The position numbers and the translations under genes were made by a program. A DNA stretch of 32,000 nt from Erysipelotrichaceae bacterium MTC7 (GTDB taxonomy: Bacteria > Bacillota_I > Bacilli_A > Erysipelotrichales > Erysipelotrichaceae). Below the pieces are notes generated by a model that did not search any database, was not told the DNA's origin, and saw only the letters and a program-made list of their open reading frames with translations. This document shows positions 26,890-32,000 of the stretch, in pieces (position 1 is the first letter of the stretch; each line of letters opens with the position of its first letter). Where the stretch lies: contig LVZN01000045.1 in assembly GCA_001695645.1 (NCBI GenBank), positions 84,653-116,652 of the forward strand, in the 5' to 3' direction.

Positions 26890-27632
26890 TAAAATTCGCT
26901 TTACTTGCCAGTGGCTCGAAAGGGAATTGTTGTCTGATTCGCAATGGAAAAACAAGTATTGTGATTGATTGCGGAGGAACAAGGAAGTACTTAAGCAGCT
27001 GTTTTGATCGCCTGTCTTACGACTACATGCAAGCAGACGCACTGTTTGTGACGCATGGACATACGGACCATATTCAACAACTAAAAATGTTTAACGATGT
27101 TGATACCTATGCGACGTGTGCTTTGGATACAAGCAATTACTATCAAATGCAACCATATGACACGATTGAACTTGCAACGCTGGAAGTGCAAGCTTTGCCA
27201 ACCAGTCATGATGCAGATAACTCATGTGGATATGTGATTACTAGCGATAGTGAAAAACTTGTGTATATTACGGATACTGGATATATTTCGGAAGCGATCA
27301 AACCTTATATCAAGAATGCCGATTACTATATATTTGAAAGTAATCACGATATTGAAATGTTGATGGCAACCAATCGTCCACTATTTGTCAAACAACGGAT
27401 CATTGGCGATACCGGACACCTTTGTAATGAAGATAGTGCAGAAGTATTAGCTGAAGTCATTGGCAAAAAAACAAAAGAAATCGTGCTTGCCCATATCTCA
27501 GAAGAAGGTAACTCTTATCAACATGCTTGTCAAATTCTCAAACAGACATTATTGCAACATCATGTAAATGTCGCAGATATCAAAATCACAGCTGCACCAC
27601 AGTTTGAAATCATCCGTGGTGGGCACAATTAG
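26886..27632 (+). CDS. MBL-fold metallo-hydrolase (YycJ/WalJ-like)
   Basis: FALLASGSKGNCCLI and the THGHTDHI metallo-beta-lactamase motif. Start overlaps the dnaB stop (ATGA). Confidence 0.8.
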   Translation: MIKFALLASGSKGNCCLIRNGKTSIVIDCGGTRKYLSSCFDRLSYDYMQADALFVTHGHTDHIQQLKMFNDVDTYATCALDTSNYYQMQPYDTIELATLEVQALPTSHDADNSCGYVITSDSEKLVYITDTGYISEAIKPYIKNADYYIFESNHDIEMLMATNRPLFVKQRIIGDTGHLCNEDSAEVLAEVIGKKTKEIVLAHISEEGNSYQHACQILKQTLLQHHVNVADIKITAAPQFEIIRGGHN

Positions 27633-27680
27633 ATCATCAACAAATGTATTTTATAACAAATAATATATCTATTGTTTGAA

Positions 27681-27709
27681 TTGCAAGTCTTACAAACTGT
27701 TGTTATATT
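27681..27709 (+). promoter_or_regulatory. Orphan near-consensus sigma-A promoter TTGCAA-17-(TGt)TATATT
   Basis: TTGCAA at 27681-86, 17-nt spacer, TG at 27701-02, TATATT at 27704-09. Confidence 0.6.
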
Positions 27710-27784
27710 TTATAAGAACATTATTGGAGGTAGGACCCATATGTTCAAATCAGCAGGTCCCTTTCACCTGCTTTTCAATTCCCT

Positions 27785-27817
27785 GCCCATCAATGCAAAT
27801 TGGTGGGCTTTTCTTTT
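27785..27817 (+). terminator. Strong intrinsic terminator hairpin (GNRA loop)
   Basis: GCCCATCAAT-GCAA-ATTGGTGGGC (10 bp, one G.U) followed by TTTTCTTTT. Confidence 0.7.
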
Positions 27818-27845
27818 CCACCTGCTATGCGGTGGCGTTTATTTT
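27818..27845 (+). terminator. Second, tandem terminator-like hairpin
   Basis: CCACC(T)GC-TAT-GCGGTGG followed by CGTTTATTTT. Confidence 0.45.
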
Positions 27846-27968
27846 CCTTGTTAATGGCATAGCGTACATGATTTTTCAATCAATATATCACGCTTGTTAA
27901 TTGTCCTTAAGATATTGGAATCAAGATTGAACGTTTCGCTTCAGCATGAGGTAGGTTATAATAGAAAC

Positions 27969-28442
27969 ATGATAAAAGTAATTGCAATTGGAAAATTAAA
28001 AGAAAAACACTTATTAAGTTTATGTAATGAATACGTGAAACGCATCCAACCGTATCATAAACTTGAAGTGATTGAAGTTAAGGATGAAAACCTAAACAAT
28101 CTTTCAGAAAAGGAAGAAATAGCAGTAAAAGAAAAAGAGGCACAAGAAGCGCTCAAGAAAATTAGAGATGGTGATTTTGTCATTTTACTGGATTTACACG
28201 GTAAGAGTATCGATAGTGAGAGTTTTGCTCAATTGATTGATGATACATTGACCTATAAGACTAGCAACATCACGTTTGTGATTGGTGGAAGTTTAGGGAT
28301 TGGTGAGTCGCTATATCAAAGAGCAAATTATCGTCTACAATTATCCAAAATGACCTTCTTGCATCAAATGACACGTTTGATCTTACTTGAACAAATCTAT
28401 CGTGCTTTTAAAATACGGGCAAAGGAGACCTATCATAAATGA
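27969..28442 (+). CDS. rlmH: 23S rRNA (pseudouridine1915-N3)-methyltransferase RlmH
   Basis: Trimmed to MIKVIAIGKLKEKHL..., the canonical RlmH start. SPOUT C-terminal motifs (FVIGGSLG, LSKMTFLHQMTRLILLEQIYRA). 157 aa. Confidence 0.9.
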   Translation: MIKVIAIGKLKEKHLLSLCNEYVKRIQPYHKLEVIEVKDENLNNLSEKEEIAVKEKEAQEALKKIRDGDFVILLDLHGKSIDSESFAQLIDDTLTYKTSNITFVIGGSLGIGESLYQRANYRLQLSKMTFLHQMTRLILLEQIYRAFKIRAKETYHK

Positions 28443-28867
28443 AAGAAAAAATACTGGTTAGTGCTTGTTTACTTGGTGAAAACTGCAGCTATCGTGGAGA
28501 TTCCAATTATGATGCCGATGTGGTGGAATACGTAAAAGATAAAGAGATTGTTCCTGTATGTCCAGAAGTCTTGGGTGGTTTGGATACGCCAAGAGCGCCT
28601 AGTGAGAGAATCGGCAATAAAATTGTAAATAACTTAGGTGAGGATGTCACAAAAGAATTTCATGCAGGTGCACTTGCTGTTGCTAAGCTAGTTAAGCAAC
28701 AAAATATCAAAGTTGCCATCCTAAAAGATCGTAGCCCAAGCTGTGGTTTGGGACAAATTTATGACGGTACATTTCAACATAAATTAGTTGATGGAGATGG
28801 AATACTTGTCGAGATGCTCAAAAACCTTGGAGTCGAGGTAAAAAATAGCAAAAAAATTACAATTTAA
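28439..28867 (+). CDS. DUF523 family protein (TudS-like thiouracil desulfurase family)
   Basis: VSACLLGENCSYRGD, CPEVLGGLDTPRAPSE and DRSPSCG are the characteristic DUF523 Cys motifs. Start overlaps the rlmH stop (ATGA). Confidence 0.75.
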   Translation: MKEKILVSACLLGENCSYRGDSNYDADVVEYVKDKEIVPVCPEVLGGLDTPRAPSERIGNKIVNNLGEDVTKEFHAGALAVAKLVKQQNIKVAILKDRSPSCGLGQIYDGTFQHKLVDGDGILVEMLKNLGVEVKNSKKITI

Positions 28868-28878
28868 CATCAATTTGT

Positions 28879-28907
28879 TTGTAAGTGCTATCAAATTAGG
28901 TTAAAAT
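28879..28907 (+). promoter_or_regulatory. ptsH promoter TTGTAA-17-TAAAAT with an overlapping cre-like box (TGTAAGTGCTATCA, 28880-28893)
   Basis: Hexamers at 28879-84 and 28902-07. The cre-like sequence has one mismatch, in the central CG of TGWAANCGNTNWCA. Confidence 0.45.
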
Positions 28908-28940
28908 AGGAATGATAAAATAATTAGGAGGATTACATAT

Positions 28941-29207
28941 ATGAAATCAATTACAGTAACTGTTATCGATCCAGTTGGATTACACGCTCGTCCTGCAACA
29001 GTGGCAGTACACGCAGCTGGTAAATTCAAAAGTGAAGTAAACATTTCTTACGGTGGACGTGAAGTAAACATGAAATCAATCATGGGTGTTATGTCTTTAG
29101 GAATTCCAACACAATCTGAAATTACTATTTCTTGTGATGGTGAAGATGAAGATGCAGCTATTACAGCAATCGAAGATGTATTACGCGCACAAAAAATTAT
29201 TGGATAA
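28941..29207 (+). CDS. ptsH: Phosphocarrier protein HPr
   Basis: His15 motif GLHARPA and Ser46 motif NMKSIMGVMSLG. 88 aa. SD AGGAGGA. Confidence 0.95.
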   Translation: MKSITVTVIDPVGLHARPATVAVHAAGKFKSEVNISYGGREVNMKSIMGVMSLGIPTQSEITISCDGEDEDAAITAIEDVLRAQKIIG

Positions 29208-29216
29208 GTAGTCTTT

Positions 29217-29242
29217 AAAAGGTGGCGTGTCCATCTTTTTTT
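29217..29242 (+). terminator. Rho-independent terminator after ptsH
   Basis: AAAAGGTGG-CGTGT-CCATCTTTT hairpin (one G.U) with a T7 tail. Confidence 0.6.
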
Positions 29243-29279
29243 GTCATAGGGAATTATTATCATATTGAGGAGGAATATA

Positions 29280-30986
29280 ATGTATAACAAGAATGAAGAC
29301 AAACAGTACCTTCGTTGGGTCAACTCAAAAAACTTAGATGCAAAACTAAGAGGGGAACTTGAACAAATGAGTGACGAAGAAATTCACGACAGTTTTTATA
29401 CAAACATTGAGTTTGGAACTGCAGGGATGCGTGGATTATTAGGACCAGGAACAAACCGTATCAATGTCCATACAATCGCTAAGGCGAATGTAGGATTTGC
29501 ACAATACATTGTGGCACAGGGTGAAGAAGCAGTAGCAAGAGGGGTTGCTATTGGTTATGATAATCGTCATATGTCATATGAATTTTCCATGATAAGTGCA
29601 CAAGTACTAGCAACTTATGGAATTCGTTCGTATGTGTTTGAAAGTTTACGCCCAACACCAGAGTTGTCATTTGCGGTACGTAGTTTAAACTGTTTTGGGG
29701 GAATCATGGTAACAGCCAGTCATAACCCAAAAGAATACAATGGATATAAACTGTACGATGAAAAAGGATGTCAATTGGTTCCAGCACTTGCACAACAAGT
29801 GATTGATCGCGTAAATGCAATCGAAGATGAACTAGCAATCGACTTCCATGTAAGTGCAGAACAAGAAAAACTGATTTCGATGATTGGTGGTGCAATTGAT
29901 GAAGCATACTATAAAGAAGTATTGGCGATTCAAATGGCAAAAGATGTAAAAAAAGATGATGTGAGTATTATCTTTACACCACAACACGGGACGGCAAACA
30001 TCCCCGTACAAGAAGTGTACAAACGCGCTGGTTATTCATACATTCCAGTGCTTGAACAATGTGATCCAGATCCTGATTTTTCAAACACGAAAACACCAAA
30101 CCCAGAGGAAAGTGCATCTTATGAACTAGCAATCGAATATGCAAAACGTGAAAACGCAGATATTGTGCTTTCATGTGATCCAGATGCGGACCGTATGGGA
30201 GTTGTTGTAAATCAAGATGGAGAGTTTATCTTGCTTACAGGAAACCAAAGTGGAGCGTTGTTGCTGGACTATGTATTGATGCAACACCAAGCTAATAACA
30301 CAATGCCACCAAAACCAGTAATGTTCAATACAGTAGTTACTGGTGACTTGGGTGAAAAAGTTGCCGATGCATATGGTGTAGAAACAGAAAAAACACTAAC
30401 TGGATTTAAATTTATTGGTGAAAAAGTCGCAAAATATGAAATCAACAATGAAAAGCAATATGTATTTGGTTATGAAGAAAGCTATGGAAGTTTGATCAAA
30501 CCATTCGTTCGTGATAAAGATGCTGTACAAGCTTGTTTATTGTTAGCGGAAGCTACAGCTTACTATAAAGCGCAAGGAAAAACATTATATGACGTGTTGC
30601 TAGAATTATACGAAAAACACGGATACTATGAAGAAAGCCAAGTGGCACTGTCACTTGAAGGAAGTGCAGGAGCACAAAAGATTAAAGATATCTTAGCCAA
30701 CTTACGAAAAAGTAAACTTTCTGAAATTGCGGGAAAGAAAGTTGTTCGTTTTGAAGACTTTAAAGAATGCATCGTTCGCAGCGGTGAAACAGAAACACCT
30801 TTGACGGGATTTGCTGTATCGGATGTATTGAAATACTTTTTAGAAGATGGTAGTTGGATTGCAATCCGTCCAAGTGGGACAGAACCAAAATGTAAGTTCT
30901 ATTACTGTGTAAAAGGTAGTACAATAGAAGATGCACACCAACAAGGAAATGTACTTAAACAAGCGATGGAGACGTATACGAAATGA
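29280..30986 (+). CDS. pgcA: Phosphoglucomutase / phosphomannomutase family (alpha-D-phosphohexomutase)
   Basis: Trimmed to MYNKNEDKQYLRW, preceded by SD GAGGAGG. Active-site TASHNPKEYNGYK, Mg-binding DPDADR, sugar loop GYEESYG and phosphate loop RPSGTEP. Confidence 0.9.
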   Translation: MYNKNEDKQYLRWVNSKNLDAKLRGELEQMSDEEIHDSFYTNIEFGTAGMRGLLGPGTNRINVHTIAKANVGFAQYIVAQGEEAVARGVAIGYDNRHMSYEFSMISAQVLATYGIRSYVFESLRPTPELSFAVRSLNCFGGIMVTASHNPKEYNGYKLYDEKGCQLVPALAQQVIDRVNAIEDELAIDFHVSAEQEKLISMIGGAIDEAYYKEVLAIQMAKDVKKDDVSIIFTPQHGTANIPVQEVYKRAGYSYIPVLEQCDPDPDFSNTKTPNPEESASYELAIEYAKRENADIVLSCDPDADRMGVVVNQDGEFILLTGNQSGALLLDYVLMQHQANNTMPPKPVMFNTVVTGDLGEKVADAYGVETEKTLTGFKFIGEKVAKYEINNEKQYVFGYEESYGSLIKPFVRDKDAVQACLLLAEATAYYKAQGKTLYDVLLELYEKHGYYEESQVALSLEGSAGAQKIKDILANLRKSKLSEIAGKKVVRFEDFKECIVRSGETETPLTGFAVSDVLKYFLEDGSWIAIRPSGTEPKCKFYYCVKGSTIEDAHQQGNVLKQAMETYTK

Positions 30987-31282
30987 TACGCCACGTCGTC
31001 ATGTGGAAGTTAAAAGAAGGCGTGAAAGTTGAATCGATTTTTCCAGCATTCAAGCAATACTTGGAAGAAACAGCGATGCAAATGCCTGGCGTAAAAATTG
31101 ATCAATTGAGTGCCTATCCATTAACTACAAGTAACATGGATATGATCTTGGTTTCAACTTTTAGCGATGAAAAACAATTGGCGAATTATCAAAATCATCC
31201 AACGCATCAACAAGCGACAGCCTTATTAAAGGGAAATGTTGAGACACGCAGTTGTATGGATTATGAGATTAACATTCGTTAA
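30983..31282 (+). CDS. Dabb (stress-responsive alpha/beta barrel) family protein
   Basis: MIRHVVMWKLKEG...YQNHPTHQQA is typical of the Dabb family. Start overlaps the pgcA stop (ATGA). Confidence 0.75.
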   Translation: MIRHVVMWKLKEGVKVESIFPAFKQYLEETAMQMPGVKIDQLSAYPLTTSNMDMILVSTFSDEKQLANYQNHPTHQQATALLKGNVETRSCMDYEINIR

Positions 31283-31300
31283 TAAACATCCACGATACAT

Positions 31301-31330
31301 AAAAAGTCAGTCCACAAACTGACTTTTTTT
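31301..31330 (+). terminator. Rho-independent terminator after the Dabb gene
   Basis: AAAAAGTCAGT-CCACAA-ACTGACTTTTTTT. Confidence 0.8.
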
Positions 31331-31368
31331 ACAAAATGTTAAATCTATAAGCGATTAAGAGGTGCAAG

Positions 31369-31785
31369 ATGAATCCTATACTTGCAACAAAAGATGGGTA
31401 TCATATTCGGTTAGCACAAACTGAAGATGCAATACCTTATTATGAACAAAATTATTGTCCACTTGATCAAGAGGTATCACGTTTTACGGGTTGTAAACCA
31501 ACCTTTCGTAAAGATGAAGTGTTAACCTTCTTTGAAAGTTCATTAAAGGATCAACAACGGTACTTCTTTTTGGTGATTGATGCAAGCGGTCGTATTGTGG
31601 GGGAAAGCGTTATTAATGGGATTGATTGGGATGTTCGGTCTGCCAATTTTCGCATTGCCATTTTTCAAAAATCGGCAAGAGGGAAAGGTGTGGGCTCGTG
31701 GGTTACAGCATGGATGCGAGATTATGCTTTTGAAACCCTCAAATTACATCGTTTAAGTTTGGATGTGTTTTCATTTAACTTTTAG
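31369..31785 (+). pseudogene. GNAT-family N-acetyltransferase (RimJ/RimL-like), apparently 3'-truncated
   Basis: The acetyl-CoA motif (QKSARGKGVGSWV) is present. The ORF stops at ...LHRLSLDVFSFNF*, where family members continue (N-x-RA-x-x-YEK-x-GF...). No continuation appears in any frame downstream. Confidence 0.5.
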
Positions 31786-31788
31786 CGT

Positions 31789-31844
31789 CAGAAGTCGCCC
31801 ACTTCAACGGCGATAAGTAAGTGGGTGATGAATGACACCTTCTG
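31789..31844 (+). other. Nested hairpin element directly after the GNAT truncation point
   Basis: Outer arms CAGAAG (31789-94) and CTTCTG (31839-44). Inner 9-bp stem CGCCCACTT (31796-804) with AAGTGGGTG (31819-27), and a 14-nt loop. Confidence 0.4.
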
Positions 31845-31911
31845 TCTTTATAAACACAAGTAAATGACGCCTTTATTTTAAACAGTAAGGCGAATTTTCA
31901 TGTGATAAATA

Positions 31912-31940
31912 TTGCTGGTGATTATCCTGCATGGTATAAT
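31912..31940 (+). promoter_or_regulatory. Strong sigma-A promoter TTGCTG-17-(TGg)TATAAT reading toward the window end
   Basis: TTGCTG at 31912-17, 17-nt spacer ending in TGG, TATAAT at 31935-40. Followed by SD AGAGG and ATG 31982 (MIKLDN..., truncated by the window end). Confidence 0.6.
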
Positions 31941-32000
31941 CAGTATGAAGGATATATCATTCTACATTAGAGGTTATATATATGATAAAACTAGATAATA

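Larger units (their letters stand above)
27741..27854 (+). other. Candidate 37-codon sORF or structured small RNA (MFKSAGPFHLLFNSLPINANWWAFLFHLLCGGVYFPC)
   Basis: GGAGGT lies 9 nt upstream of the ATG. The ORF runs through two terminator-like hairpins, so the coding status is uncertain. Confidence 0.3.

Noticed and set aside
27716-27850. Known RNA families for the structured 27.7-kb transcript: SRP/4.5S RNA, 6S RNA, tmRNA, T-box, PyrR site
   Set aside because: CAGGTCC resembles part of SRP helix 8, but the GGAA and AGCAGCC elements are absent. The region is too short for 6S or tmRNA. It lacks a specifier, the T-box 14-mer (only GGUGG matches) and the PyrR consensus.
28431-28442. TATCATAAATGA at the rlmH 3' end, identical to the core of the staphylococcal SCC attB (orfX) site
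   Set aside because: The match follows from the conserved RlmH C-terminus (..YHK*). The next gene starts within it (ATGA), and no direct repeat, ccr gene or foreign DNA follows. It is an unoccupied site at most, not evidence of an element.
9237-29279. N-terminal extensions in the ORF track: hcp to 10877, regulator to 11550, ldh from 12426, 15479, lipoprotein from 21220, rlmH from 27894, pgm from 29265, and 4651-5262
   Set aside because: In each case an internal ATG with a proper SD, or a family-typical N-terminus, lies downstream. Several extensions also run through terminators, promoters or the neighbouring gene's regulatory box.
1-32000. Scan for CRISPR repeats, tRNA or rRNA genes, IS or transposase genes, integrases and multi-copy long repeats
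   Set aside because: None recognised by eye. The only recurring elements are the 14-bp tre operators and the two 16-bp CRP/FNR-type boxes. A proper tRNAscan, Rfam and repeat search would be needed to exclude small elements.

Overview
AT-rich, Bacillota-type chromosomal segment, mostly core housekeeping genes on the + strand. I found no rRNA, tRNA, CRISPR array, transposase or obvious defence or toxin gene, so most of the window looks ordinary.

Gene order:
- 5' end of a PatB/MalY-type C-S lyase (-).
- Trehalose locus treR-treP-treC (+). It keeps its promoter and repeated operators, but treP and treC each carry one clean in-frame TAA.
- Hypothetical gene (-).
- yybP-ykoY (Mn2+) riboswitch with terminator, then a P-type cation ATPase (+).
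- Minus-strand nitrosative-stress cluster: Crp/Fnr (HcpR-like) regulator, hcp, and a DUF438/hemerythrin/PAS gene. It has two matching CRP/FNR-type boxes.
- FrnE-like DsbA, an LDH-family dehydrogenase and a Na/Pi cotransporter.
- A conserved block: small ORF, pth, mfd, rqcP(yabO), sORF, divIC.
- DUF975 protein and a lipoprotein.
- yybS-gdpP-rplI-dnaB-MBL hydrolase.
- A 336-nt unexplained intergenic module.
- rlmH, DUF523, ptsH (no ptsI), phosphoglucomutase, a Dabb protein, and a 3'-truncated GNAT gene followed by a structured element and a strong outward promoter at the window edge.

Most noteworthy:
- the paired nonsense codons in the tre operon;
- the promoter/SD/sORF/terminator module at 27.68-27.90 kb (candidate sRNA, leader or type-I-toxin-like locus);
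- the shared TGTKR-N6-CAACA boxes of the hcp cluster;
- the GNAT truncation, which may mark an insertion boundary.

All calls rest on reading the sequence and the supplied translations. No database search was run.
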